A stretch of 62,830 nucleotides of DNA, filler included, from Alphaproteobacteria bacterium (lineage in GTDB: Bacteria; Pseudomonadota; Alphaproteobacteria; Caedimonadales; UBA9215), in the NCBI GenBank assembly GCA_024280495.1. It is 5 parts of 5 records of this genome, joined end to end, with 100 filler letters (N's around TTAATTAATTAA, not from the genome) between each part and the next. Parts side by side here need not be neighbours in the genome. Positions count along the whole stretch, not along the records: positions 15,271 to 33,415 come from JAJRPZ010000013.1; 4 more parts are not named here. One strand, written 5' to 3'. The notes below the pieces were generated by a model that was given only the letters and a program-made list of their open reading frames with translations, was not told the DNA's origin and made no database searches. Below, one piece after another: positions 21,339 to 30,679 of the stretch (position 1 is the first letter of the stretch; each line of letters opens with the position of its first letter). Made by a program: the position numbers and the translations under genes.

Positions 21339-22718
21339 GTGTTTAAAAATTTAGGTGATCGTCTCACAGGTATTTTTTCAAAACTCACCAAGCGTGGCGC
21401 CTTGAGTGAGGAAGATGTTTCCCTGGCCATGCGTGAAGTGCGTGTGGCGTTACTCGAAGCCGACGTTGCACTTGCTGTTGTGAAAGAGTTCATTTCTAAG
21501 GTTAAAGAAAAAGCCATTGGCCAGGATGTTATTAAAAGCGTCACGCCAGGGCAAATGGTCGTTAAAATCGTCCATGATCATCTCATTGAGATTTTGGGTG
21601 GTAACCTTGAGGAAAATGCCGAAAAAGCTTTTCAAAATCAGCCTTTAAATTTGGCAGTAAAGCCACCTGCAGTGATTATGATGACGGGCCTTCAAGGATC
21701 AGGTAAAACAACCACTACTGCGAAAATAGCTAAATTTTTAACGGAAAAGCATAGAAAAAAAATATTGATGGTTTCAACGGATATTTACCGTCCTGCGGCC
21801 CGTGAACAACTGGCAACTTTAGGGGCGCAAATTGACGTTGCCACCGTTAATATTGTTGCCAATGAAAAGCCCCTTGATATCGTTAAACGTGCTCAAGAGC
21901 AGGCACGGCTTGAAGCTTTTGATATACTGATGATTGATACGGCAGGGCGCCTGCACATCGATGATACGTTGATGGATGAACTGGTTCAAATCCGTGATCT
22001 GACAAATCCCATTGAAATTCTTATGGCAGCCGATGCTATGACGGGGCAAGATGCAGTGGTCGTTGCAAAAACTTTCCAAGAAAAAGTCGGCGTGACGGGC
22101 ATTATTCTCTCTAAAATCGACGGTGATGCTAGGGGAGGGGCAGCCCTTTCTATGCGTCATGTCACGGGAGTGCCCATTAAATTTCTTGGGACGGGTGAGC
22201 GTGTTCATGAGTTAGAAGTTTTTCATCCTGATCGTATTGCCAATCGTATCTTGGATATGGGTGATATTGTCACTTTTGTGGAAAAAGCAGCTGAAATCAT
22301 CGATCAAGATGAGGCAGAAGAGCTTGCCAAGCAAATGCAAAAAGGGATTTTTACCCTGGATGATATGGCAAAACAGTTGGGTCAAATCTCCAAAATGGGC
22401 GGTATGAACAGTATGTTGGGGATGCTCCCAGGGATTGGTAAAATTCAAGATAAAATTGATGCTGCTGGCATTAACGACGGTATGGTTGGTAAACAAATCG
22501 CGATCATTATGTCTATGACAGAAAAAGAACGTCACAATTATAAAATTTTAAACGGATCTAGGAAGCGCCGCGTGGCGACGGGATCTGGCACAACAGTTCC
22601 AGAAGTGAATCGTTTGCTCAAGCAATATAAAGATATGTCTTTGGCAATGAAACGTTTCAAGAAAATGGGCAAAAAAGGTCTTATGCGTCAAGGTATGGCC
22701 GGTTTGTTCGGGAAATAA
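21339..22718 (+). CDS. ffh: Signal recognition particle protein
   Basis: ALLEADV, GLQGSGKTTT, DTAGR, DGDARGG, M domain. Confidence 0.98.
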   Translation: MFKNLGDRLTGIFSKLTKRGALSEEDVSLAMREVRVALLEADVALAVVKEFISKVKEKAIGQDVIKSVTPGQMVVKIVHDHLIEILGGNLEENAEKAFQNQPLNLAVKPPAVIMMTGLQGSGKTTTTAKIAKFLTEKHRKKILMVSTDIYRPAAREQLATLGAQIDVATVNIVANEKPLDIVKRAQEQARLEAFDILMIDTAGRLHIDDTLMDELVQIRDLTNPIEILMAADAMTGQDAVVVAKTFQEKVGVTGIILSKIDGDARGGAALSMRHVTGVPIKFLGTGERVHELEVFHPDRIANRILDMGDIVTFVEKAAEIIDQDEAEELAKQMQKGIFTLDDMAKQLGQISKMGGMNSMLGMLPGIGKIQDKIDAAGINDGMVGKQIAIIMSMTEKERHNYKILNGSRKRRVATGSGTTVPEVNRLLKQYKDMSLAMKRFKKMGKKGLMRQGMAGLFGK

Positions 22719-22755
22719 AGTTAAAAAAATGACTGTTAATTTATAGGAGAAAAAT

Positions 22756-23199
22756 ATGTCAACTAAAATCCGTCTTGCACGTCATGGTGCGAAAAAACGT
22801 CCTTATTACCATATCGTTGTTGCGGATTCCCGCATGCCCCGTGATGGTCGTTACATTGAACGCGTTGGATCTTATAACCCAATGGTTCCTAAGGACCATG
22901 CCGATCGTTTAGTGATCAAGGAAGACCGCATTAAGCATTGGCTGTCTACGGGTGCCCAACCAACGGATCGTGTAGCTCGCTTTTTGGGTAATCTTGGATT
23001 GATGGCTAAATTTGAATACAGAGAAAGCCCTAAACGTTCCGTACCAAAAGCAAAGGCTCAAGAGCGCGTTAAGGAAAAAGAAGAAGCTAAGCTAGCCGCT
23101 GAAGAAGCTGCAAAGCAAGCCATCGAAGATGCAAAAGCCGCAGCAGAAAAAGCCGCAGCCGATGCAAAAACTGCTGCTGAAGAAGCGAAATCTGAATAA
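22756..23199 (+). CDS. rpsP: 30S ribosomal protein S16
   Basis: [29 protein letters not shown]. Confidence 0.98.
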   Translation: MSTKIRLARHGAKKRPYYHIVVADSRMPRDGRYIERVGSYNPMVPKDHADRLVIKEDRIKHWLSTGAQPTDRVARFLGNLGLMAKFEYRESPKRSVPKAKAQERVKEKEEAKLAAEEAAKQAIEDAKAAAEKAAADAKTAAEEAKSE

Positions 23200-23211
23200 T
23201 GACAGCCGACT

Positions 23212-23247
23212 AAAAAAAAGACTTGGAGGTAATTTCAAGTCTTTTTT
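23212..23247 (+). terminator. Terminator-like hairpin between rpsP and rimM
   Basis: aaaaaagacttgga-ggtaat-ttcaagtctttttt. Confidence 0.5.
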
Positions 23248-23264
23248 CTTTTATTGAGGTGAAT

Positions 23265-23861
23265 ATGACAGACCCATCAGAAATAGTTGTGCCAGAAAAT
23301 TGGATTTGTCTTGGTAAAGTTGCCGATGCCCACGGTATTCAAGGTGAGCTTAAATTGCAATCCTATACACAAGATCCAAGACAGATAGGGGCTTATGGTC
23401 CTTTGAAATTAATTGGATGTGCGGATGTTCTGACCATTATCAAATTACGTGCGCAAAAGGGTGATCTGCTCGTTGCTCGAATTAAAGAAGTCGTTGATCG
23501 GGACACAGCCGAGCTTCTTCGTGGTCAATTACTTTATGTTGAAAAAACAAAATTACCTAAAATTCAAGATGACGACGATGTTTATGTTTCTGATCTTGAA
23601 GGGCTTTCACTTTATAATACCAATGAAAAAAAGCTGGGATCCGTTGAGCGTGTGCATAATTTTGGCGCAGGGGATATTCTTGAACTTGTTCTGGATGGGC
23701 ATAAAGAAACCATTATGGTACCATTTTTAAAAGCTTGGGTATTGAAAGTAAATATTGAAGAAAAAAACCTCGTTATTGATCAGGTGTATCTTGATGAGTT
23801 TCTTAAACCTTTTAAGCAATCAGATGAAAAGTGGACGGAATCCAAAAAGGGTAAAAAATAA
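23265..23861 (+). CDS. rimM: 16S rRNA processing protein RimM
   Basis: GKVADAHGIQGELK, HNFGAGDILE; RBS gaggt before ATG 23265. Confidence 0.95.
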   Translation: MTDPSEIVVPENWICLGKVADAHGIQGELKLQSYTQDPRQIGAYGPLKLIGCADVLTIIKLRAQKGDLLVARIKEVVDRDTAELLRGQLLYVEKTKLPKIQDDDDVYVSDLEGLSLYNTNEKKLGSVERVHNFGAGDILELVLDGHKETIMVPFLKAWVLKVNIEEKNLVIDQVYLDEFLKPFKQSDEKWTESKKGKK

Positions 23862-24607
23862 TGTCTACTTCCGTTTCATCCCCTCTTTTTAGAGTAAAAA
23901 TTTTTACTCTGTTTCCAGGGTTGTTTCCAGGGGTTTTAGGAGCCTCAGTCACAGGGCGTGCCCTTGATCAAGGGCTTTGGCGTTTGGATACCGTTAATAT
24001 CAGGGATTATGCCCACGGTAAGCATGCTCAGGTGGATGATACCCCTTGTGGCGGTGGTGCGGGCATGGTTATGCGAGCAGATGTCATCGATAGGGCGTTG
24101 CGCTCTCAGTATACCTCCATTGAAAATAAGCCTAAAAATCTAATTTATGTATCGCCACGGGGAAAACCTTTTGATCAGGATATGGCAAAGGCATTTTCAC
24201 AAGACGGAGACGTTGGTATTCTTTGTGGTCGTTTTGAAGGGGTAGATCAAAGGGTTCTTGACGCTTGGGATATAAAAGAAGTGAGTTTAGGTGATTTCGT
24301 GTTGTCGGGCGGTGAAATACCAGCGCAAGCTATTGTGGATGCTTCAGTTCGGCTCATTCCTGGTGTGTTAGGGGCGAAAGACTCATTGAATGAGCAAAGT
24401 TTCTCATCGGGTTTACTCGAATATCCACAATTTACCCGTCCACGTGAATGGAATGATTGCATTGTGCCCCAAGTTCTGCTATCAGGTAATCATAGAGAAA
24501 TTTATGCCTGGCGTCAGCGTCAGTCAGAATCTTTGACAAAACAACGTCGACCTGATTTATGGGGCCGTTATGTGGCGTCAAAAGAGACAAAAACAGTCAA
24601 GGAATAA
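23861..24607 (+). CDS. trmD: tRNA (guanine-N1)-methyltransferase
   Basis: [45 protein letters not shown]. Confidence 0.98.
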   Translation: MSTSVSSPLFRVKIFTLFPGLFPGVLGASVTGRALDQGLWRLDTVNIRDYAHGKHAQVDDTPCGGGAGMVMRADVIDRALRSQYTSIENKPKNLIYVSPRGKPFDQDMAKAFSQDGDVGILCGRFEGVDQRVLDAWDIKEVSLGDFVLSGGEIPAQAIVDASVRLIPGVLGAKDSLNEQSFSSGLLEYPQFTRPREWNDCIVPQVLLSGNHREIYAWRQRQSESLTKQRRPDLWGRYVASKETKTVKE

Positions 24608-24618
24608 AGGAAGATCTG

Positions 24619-25062
24619 ATGAATCTTGTAGAAAAATTTGAAAATAAACAACTCGATGCGTTGGCAGCGAAAAAAACAGTTCCAACCTTTGGAGCTGGTG
24701 ATACTATCCGTGTGAATGTTCAGGTTGTTGAAGGTACAACAAAACGTATGCAGGCCTATGAAGGTGTTTGTATAGCAAAGCGTAATGCGGGTTTAAATTC
24801 CTCATTCACCGTTCGTAAGATTTCTTTTGGTGAGGGTGTTGAACGTGTGTTTCCTCTTTATTCTCCAAAAATTGATATTGAAGTAAAACGTCGTGGTATT
24901 GTTCGTCGTGCGAAGTTGTATTATTTGCGCGACCGTCGTGGTAAGAGTGCACGTATTGCTGAAAAACGTGATTATACGTTATCAACTAAAAAAGCAAAGC
25001 CTGCGGCAGCTGCTCCTAAGGCAGACGTTAAAGCCACAGTGGAAACATCTACTGAGGCTTAA
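24619..25062 (+). CDS. rplS: 50S ribosomal protein L19
   Basis: [27 protein letters not shown]. Confidence 0.98.
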   Translation: MNLVEKFENKQLDALAAKKTVPTFGAGDTIRVNVQVVEGTTKRMQAYEGVCIAKRNAGLNSSFTVRKISFGEGVERVFPLYSPKIDIEVKRRGIVRRAKLYYLRDRRGKSARIAEKRDYTLSTKKAKPAAAAPKADVKATVETSTEA

Positions 25063-25092
25063 AGATTTTAAAAATATCTAAAAAACAACCGA

Positions 25093-25115
25093 GCCTCGCT
25101 TTCGCGGGGTTTTTT
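25093..25115 (+). terminator. Intrinsic terminator after rplS
   Basis: gcctcgc-tttc-gcggggt plus T-tract. Confidence 0.7.
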
Positions 25116-25120
25116 GTTGT

Positions 25121-25155
25121 GCCGTTTCAGAAAGGAGGTGCGTGATTTTATGGAA
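25121..25155. repeat. Degenerate copy of family C palindrome
   Basis: gccgtttcagaaaggaggtgcgtgattt vs gccgtttcagaaatgaagtgcgtcattt at 44883. Confidence 0.6.
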
Positions 25156-25203
25156 AAATTGAAAAGTGCTCTTGGATGGAATGAAAATTTAAATTTATGA
25201 TTT

Positions 25204-25311
25204 TATAGTGATTTTAAAAACATCCCAGACGTCGTTAGTCATCCACACACCTATAAAGTTATAGGTGTTGGTCCCTCATTTTTAGACGGAAACCGTCTTG
25301 AAACCGCCTTA
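25204..25311 (+). repeat. Family A MITE-like palindromic repeat (~108 bp, degenerate right end)
   Basis: tatagtgattttaaaaacatcccagacgtcgt...cctataaagttatagg...ggtccctc aligns with 53481-53588. Confidence 0.85.
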
Positions 25312-25866
25312 GCTATTTTTTGAAATTATTTTATAAATTTCATCTAGTGCCTTATTTACATAGGCAGCTTCTTTGTCTTCATAAAAGCCTTTTGTAATTT
25401 CAATATATTCACTGATGATAACTGTGGGTTTTAAGGGATTTTCGGAAGGTGTATAGGGTGTTAATAGCTCACCGATACCAAGGGATAAGATTGTTTTTAA
25501 AAGGGGGTCTAGGGTCTCAATGGTCCAGTGTCCCATGACCATAGGCTCTAAAAGATCTTGAATGGTTTCCCATTGAATTTCAACGCCCGTTAAAATATGT
25601 AAAAATAAATTTTGATCAGGGTTAACGGGGTGCGTATGATTTTTAAAATTATGTGCCATATATCGCATGGCCATTTTTTTAGCAGGTATATGGTTGTGTT
25701 GAGCTTCGAAAAAAGCTTGAATCGCCATGATACGTGCCACACGATGACGTTCATAGCGACTACCGCGTTTGGGTTTTTTAGTGGGGATATCGTCGCAGTG
25801 GGACGATTTTAATTTTCCAGCATTTTCTGGGGCAAAATAATCAGTAAATTTACTTTTTTCGATCAT
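25309..25866 (-). CDS. nusB: Transcription antitermination factor NusB-like
   Basis: RHRVARIMAIQAFFE, LDPLLKTILSLGIGEL, VIISEYIEI, YVNKALD; start uncertain. Confidence 0.82.
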   Translation of the reverse strand: MIEKSKFTDYFAPENAGKLKSSHCDDIPTKKPKRGSRYERHRVARIMAIQAFFEAQHNHIPAKKMAMRYMAHNFKNHTHPVNPDQNLFLHILTGVEIQWETIQDLLEPMVMGHWTIETLDPLLKTILSLGIGELLTPYTPSENPLKPTVIISEYIEITKGFYEDKEAAYVNKALDEIYKIISKNS

Positions 25867-26237
25867 AGTATAAAACACACATTGGGGAATGACTCCGCAA
25901 CCTATCAAATGGGGTGGAAAAATTCAAGGATAAACTCATATATACATACAACTCTTGATTTTGAGTTAAGAAGGTAGTTGATATCATTTGATCTAAAGTT
26001 GTATGTTTTTCTTTTTAGAATTAAAATTATAGTGTGTGAATTCATGTGTTTTTTTATAAAATCGAAGCGAGTCACGTTTTTTTTGCTCTAAATGATTGAG
26101 CTCAAATAAAAATATTACATTTTTTTGAAAAAAGGGCTTTTCATTTGGGATACTTTTCGCTACAAAGAAATGACTTGAGAGAAACTTCTTTTTAAAGTCT
26201 ATTTTAAAGTACCTTCATTTCGAACGACAGTTCAAAT

Positions 26238-26312
26238 GGGTGATTAGCTCAGCGGGAGAGCACCTCGTTTACACCGAGGCGGTCGGGGGTTCAAATCCCT
26301 CATCACCCACCA
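26238..26312 (+). tRNA. tRNA-Val(TAC)
   Basis: gggtgat/atcaccc acceptor stem, anticodon arm cctcg-tttacac-cgagg, GGTTCAAATCC, 3' CCA. Confidence 0.97.
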
Positions 26313-26383
26313 TTTCTTTATAATTTCTTAATATTTTTTGTGTACGATATTTATATACAACTTTTTGTAATTTATAGGATTCC

Positions 26384-27274
26384 ATGAAATTTATATCGAC
26401 TGTATTGATTTTTATAAGTTTTTTCTTTATACCGCCCCTTTATGGGGAGACTCTTTCTAACACCACTAATATTGATGTTGGTTTTTTAAGTGCAAGGAAC
26501 CTTGACAGAGAAGCAGTGCGTCAATTTGTGAAGCTTGCAAATGGCATAAATACTCAGCGACAGATAATTGCCACTTTGTATAAAACTCGAGGGTTTTTTG
26601 TGCGTTTTTTTAAGGGGAAAAATTTTAAAGGAAAAACTCAGGATGCTGGTATTATTTTAGCAAAAGATAATTTAGTGTTTATTGTTTTTCGAGGAGAAGA
26701 ATCAGAGAAAGATATGCGCCCTGATATTGACTCTTTAAATACGAATGCGTTGAGGCTGGGTATGCCTGGTAAGGCTCATAAGGGTTTTATGTCGGCTCTC
26801 TTGTCTGTGTGGCAACAAATAAAATCTCCTATTGTTTCATATGCAAATAGCCATCTTATAAATCCAAAAAATCTTGAATATATTGTTATAGGGCACGGGG
26901 TTGGTGGTGCCGTTGCGTCCCTTGCAGCATTGCGCATTAACGACGATTCTTCTCTTGTGATGTATCCAAGAAATAATATCAGAAAGAATCAGGTTAAACT
27001 TATTACCTTTGGGGCGCCTTCTGTTTTGGTTGGCAATGCCGCAAGGTTGGCTCGATCTATTATGGGCGCACGTAATGTGCTCCGTTTTGTTTTTGAGGGA
27101 GATGTTATTGCAGAAACCCCTTCAAAAGGTAATTTTTCTCATTTTGGAACCCTTGTTAAAATGAAAAGGCCATCGGTAGCAAAAAAGATAAAAAAGGGGG
27201 GATATGCTCTGGATATTCATAAAAGTTCTGCTTATGTACGAGCCGTACCTTCTGCATTTGCCTCTAAATTCTAA
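26384..27274 (+). CDS. Secreted class-3 lipase-like protein lacking catalytic Ser
   Basis: Signal peptide; IVFRG, HKGF, GHGVGGAVA (canonical GHSLGGA), TFGAP, GDVI, distal His. Confidence 0.85.
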   Translation: MKFISTVLIFISFFFIPPLYGETLSNTTNIDVGFLSARNLDREAVRQFVKLANGINTQRQIIATLYKTRGFFVRFFKGKNFKGKTQDAGIILAKDNLVFIVFRGEESEKDMRPDIDSLNTNALRLGMPGKAHKGFMSALLSVWQQIKSPIVSYANSHLINPKNLEYIVIGHGVGGAVASLAALRINDDSSLVMYPRNNIRKNQVKLITFGAPSVLVGNAARLARSIMGARNVLRFVFEGDVIAETPSKGNFSHFGTLVKMKRPSVAKKIKKGGYALDIHKSSAYVRAVPSAFASKF

Positions 27275-28080
27275 TTATGTTTGTTCTATAAACGCGTCTT
27301 TAGCGCCTTTTTTCAGGTAGGGTGTCTTTCTAAAAAATTCATATAATTTGATGGAAGGGGCCATTCTTTCTAAATCTCTGTAAAATAAAATGTTTCTGCG
27401 AAAAGAAATTTTATAGCTAACTGACGGAAGGTATTGGAGGTAATTTCTGTAATGCATTTTCATTTTTTTCACAAAAGAATAGTTTTCGTGTAATCTCCAG
27501 TCAGTATTTGTAGTGTTTTTTATGAAGGTTAACGGGAGGTGTAAAAGAGTATCAATGGCATCGAGTCTATCGTTGTTGAGCGGTCTTTCCTCTAAAAGCA
27601 GGAGGTTGATGAAATATGGCAAGTATTTTAAATTATTTTTCATATAAACTTCAGTCAGTAAAACGAGTAAGTTTATTCGACCTGAAAAAGTTGACATAAG
27701 GTTTTTAAAATCAACCATTGAGTCAATAAAACTTCTGTGGGTAAGGTTGTGAATAAGACTCTTTTTCGTTTAAGTCTTGTCCCATTGAAAATAAAGGATA
27801 GGGGATGCACAAGTATTCTGGAATTTCTCGTGAATATTTATAGATACCTATGGTTATTCTATAGACTTCCACTTCGAATAAATTGCTCGGTTCAAAAAGG
27901 TACATGTTTTCTATATGTTTTAACCGTCTGTGGGCACTATAGGCCATGGGAGAAAATGTTTTTTTTTACGATTTTAGTGTGGCATTCGATATCATGCGAA
28001 GCAAAGCTCGTTGGGATTTTAAAGCACATAATGAGAATAAAAAATATTTTAATTGATTTTGTTTCCATATTATTTTTCAA
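27275..28080 (-). pseudogene. Probable single secreted hypothetical gene split into three frames by two +1 homopolymer shifts
   Basis: RBS aggaga + MKNNMETKSIKNIFILIMCFKIPTSFAS; removing one A from A9 (27959-27967) joins ORF 27723-27947; removing one A near 27762-27766 joins ORF 27275-27718. Confidence 0.5.
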
Positions 28081-28469
28081 AATTGTGTCTCTCCTAGGTT
28101 ATAATTTTTTAGAGTAGCTATGCATGATGGTCCCTGAAATTAAGAGCGCCATGGAATTATGATAATGCAATAGCATATCTCAAAGTGTTTTATTTTTTTA
28201 TTAGTTTTTTTTCAGTCAAAGTGACAATCTTAATTAAAATGACAATTAATATTATTTACTAATTTTATTCTTGCCACTTGTGTAACCTTTAAATATTCAA
28301 TGTGCTTGTTGCCCCCTTGACTTGCTTTTTTATCGAGTCAGTGTATAAAATACTCACAGCTTATTGTTGAAGGAAGGTGTTGAAATCTTTTCTTTAATAG
28401 CTCTTTACCTGTTTGATTTTAAAAAAAGAAAACTGGTTTGTTTGTGTAAATTACTAAGGGAGTATAACC

Positions 28470-30044
28470 ATGTCCTCTGTGAAAACAGGTGCGAAAAGAA
28501 AAGTGTCTCAGCCAGAATTTAGCGGCTTGAGAGCAGCGCTTTTTCCAATTCAAAATATCGAATTTAAGAAATTTCTACCTCTTGCCTTCATTATGTTGTG
28601 CGTTTTGTTTAACTATACTATTTTACGCGATACGAAAGATTCTTTGATTGCGACCGCACCAGGGGCTGGCCCTGAGGCTATTCCTTATTTAAAAGCAATT
28701 TTTGTGATGTTGGGTGCTATGTCCTTTGTCGTTTTGTATACAAAGCTCACTAACATGTTTTCTTCGGAAAAACTTTTTTACGGTATTGTCTCTTTTTTTC
28801 TTGGTTTTTTTGCGTTATTTTCCTTTGTTCTGTACCCAAATATTGATGTGCTGCATCCTAATATTGATTATGTGAATGCGTTGCAGCTTGAGTTTCCACG
28901 TGTAAAGTTTCTGTTGTCCGTTTGGGCTGTATGGACGTATTCTTTGTTTTATGTGATGTCTGAAATGTGGGGGAGTGTGATGATTTCTTTATTATTTTGG
29001 CAATTTGCCAACGAAATTGTTCGTTCTTCAGAAGCAAAACGTTTTTACCCTCTTTTTGTATTAATTGGTAATGTCGCGCTGATGTTATCAGGAACGGCCG
29101 TTGTGATGTTTTCTGATATTCGCCAAAGTGTACCTGCAGGTGTTGATGCTTGGGGTGTTGCACTGCAGTACCTTGGTATAACGGTCATTATTGCAGGTTT
29201 GTTTGCCATGTACATTTATCGTTGGATGCATAAAAATGTTTTAACGGATCCTGTGTATTACGATGCAGCATCTCCAAAAACTACAAAAAAAAGCAAGTCC
29301 AAGATGGGCGTTGCTGACAGTTTTAAATATCTATTTTCTTCACCCTATATTGGTTTGATTGCCTTGTTGGTTCTTTCATATGGTATGTCAATTAACCTCA
29401 TTGAAGTAATTTGGAAAAAACAACTTTCCATTCAATTCGCTGGTGATCCAAATGGGTACAATGCCTTTATGGGTAATTTTTCCCGTGCAACGGGGGCCGC
29501 AACAATCCTTATTATCTTTATGACCAAGGGTGTTGTTAATAAATTTGGTTGGTTCACAGGTGCCGTTATTACTCCGTTGATTTTAGCACTGACTGGTGGA
29601 ATGTTCTTTTCTCTTGTTTTGTTCAGCGAACAATTAAATCCAATTGTTATGGGCCTTGGCTTTACGGCAACTTACATGGCTGTTCTTGTTGGTGCGGTGC
29701 AAAATATTCTAACCAAGGGGACAAAATATGCGTTGTTTGACCCCACAAAAGAAATGGCTTATATCCCCCTTGATCAAGACCTTAAGACAAAAGGTAAAGC
29801 AGCAGTTGATGTCATCGGGGGACGTCTTGGCAAGGCTGCTGGCGGTTATACGGTTATGGCGATTTTTACCATCTTTGCCGTACAGGACATTATGGTCGTT
29901 ACACCTTATTTGGCCGTAATTATTGCTGCCATTGTTGTTTTTTGGGTCTTTGGCGTTGGTGCTTTGAGTGTTCGTTACAATCGAGCAAATGGCGAAAAAG
30001 AAATACAAGAAGCGAAAAAAATACCCGAAGGGAAAACGGTGTAA
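28470..30044 (+). CDS. tlc: ATP/ADP translocase / nucleotide transporter (Tlc/NTT family)
   Basis: EFKKFLP, NYTILRDTKD, FYVMSEMWGS, FWQFANE, EAKRFYP, KYALFDPTKEMAYIPLD, KGKAAVDVIGGRLGK. Confidence 0.97.
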   Translation: MSSVKTGAKRKVSQPEFSGLRAALFPIQNIEFKKFLPLAFIMLCVLFNYTILRDTKDSLIATAPGAGPEAIPYLKAIFVMLGAMSFVVLYTKLTNMFSSEKLFYGIVSFFLGFFALFSFVLYPNIDVLHPNIDYVNALQLEFPRVKFLLSVWAVWTYSLFYVMSEMWGSVMISLLFWQFANEIVRSSEAKRFYPLFVLIGNVALMLSGTAVVMFSDIRQSVPAGVDAWGVALQYLGITVIIAGLFAMYIYRWMHKNVLTDPVYYDAASPKTTKKSKSKMGVADSFKYLFSSPYIGLIALLVLSYGMSINLIEVIWKKQLSIQFAGDPNGYNAFMGNFSRATGAATILIIFMTKGVVNKFGWFTGAVITPLILALTGGMFFSLVLFSEQLNPIVMGLGFTATYMAVLVGAVQNILTKGTKYALFDPTKEMAYIPLDQDLKTKGKAAVDVIGGRLGKAAGGYTVMAIFTIFAVQDIMVVTPYLAVIIAAIVVFWVFGVGALSVRYNRANGEKEIQEAKKIPEGKTV

Positions 30045-30069
30045 CTATTTTTATAGCTAAAGGATCAAG

Positions 30070-30095
30070 AGGTTGGAAAATTCCAACCTTTTTTT
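30070..30095 (+). terminator. Intrinsic terminator between convergent tlc and MAPEG genes
   Basis: aggttggaa-aa-ttccaacct + T-tract. Confidence 0.75.
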
Positions 30096-30120
30096 ATTGA
30101 TCTCTCTATTGCTCGCTGAT

Positions 30121-30507
30121 TTATTGCCCTCTTATCCAAAGGTATAAAAGCGTAAAAATCGCGGCAAGGTATGTAAAAAATGTTAGTAGCATGCCCATAC
30201 GGCGCATGAGGAAATTATGTTTAATACCAAAACAGTAGGCATGAAAAGCACGTCCTATAACCAATGATGAAAGAAGAATGTGAAGGAGATAGTTTGGTCC
30301 TTCCATGGTGTGGATCGCATATATCAAGATTAAAGCAAAGGGTGTGTATTCTGCGAAATTGGCATGGCCTCTTGCGGCATATTCGAGGCTTTTATGTTCC
30401 GATGTTCCGATGCGAGATTGATATTTATAGCGCAAAACAATGGTGTTAATGCTGAGTGCCAAAAAAATAAAGGCAAGAAAAGTTAGATAAGGTAAGAAGG
30501 TAACCAT
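30121..30507 (-). CDS. MAPEG-family membrane protein
   Basis: RGHANFAEYTP, GRAFHA. Confidence 0.9.
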   Translation of the reverse strand: MVTFLPYLTFLAFIFLALSINTIVLRYKYQSRIGTSEHKSLEYAARGHANFAEYTPFALILIYAIHTMEGPNYLLHILLSSLVIGRAFHAYCFGIKHNFLMRRMGMLLTFFTYLAAIFTLLYLWIRGQ

Positions 30508-30679
30508 TATTTATTCCTTTTTTATGAGGGGTATTTTAGTGAATCATAGCAATTTATAAGTTGTTTCAGAAGGGCACTTCACAAAAAGGTGAAAAAAAAT
30601 TACAATTGTAATGAATTTTTAAGGTTTACCGTGCTTATCTGAAAGTAATGTGAATAAATCTCTATTTTTTAAAACTTAG

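Noticed and set aside
23076..23196. Ala/Glu/Lys-rich repetitive tail of S16
   Set aside because: Low-complexity C-terminal extensions are common in alphaproteobacterial S16
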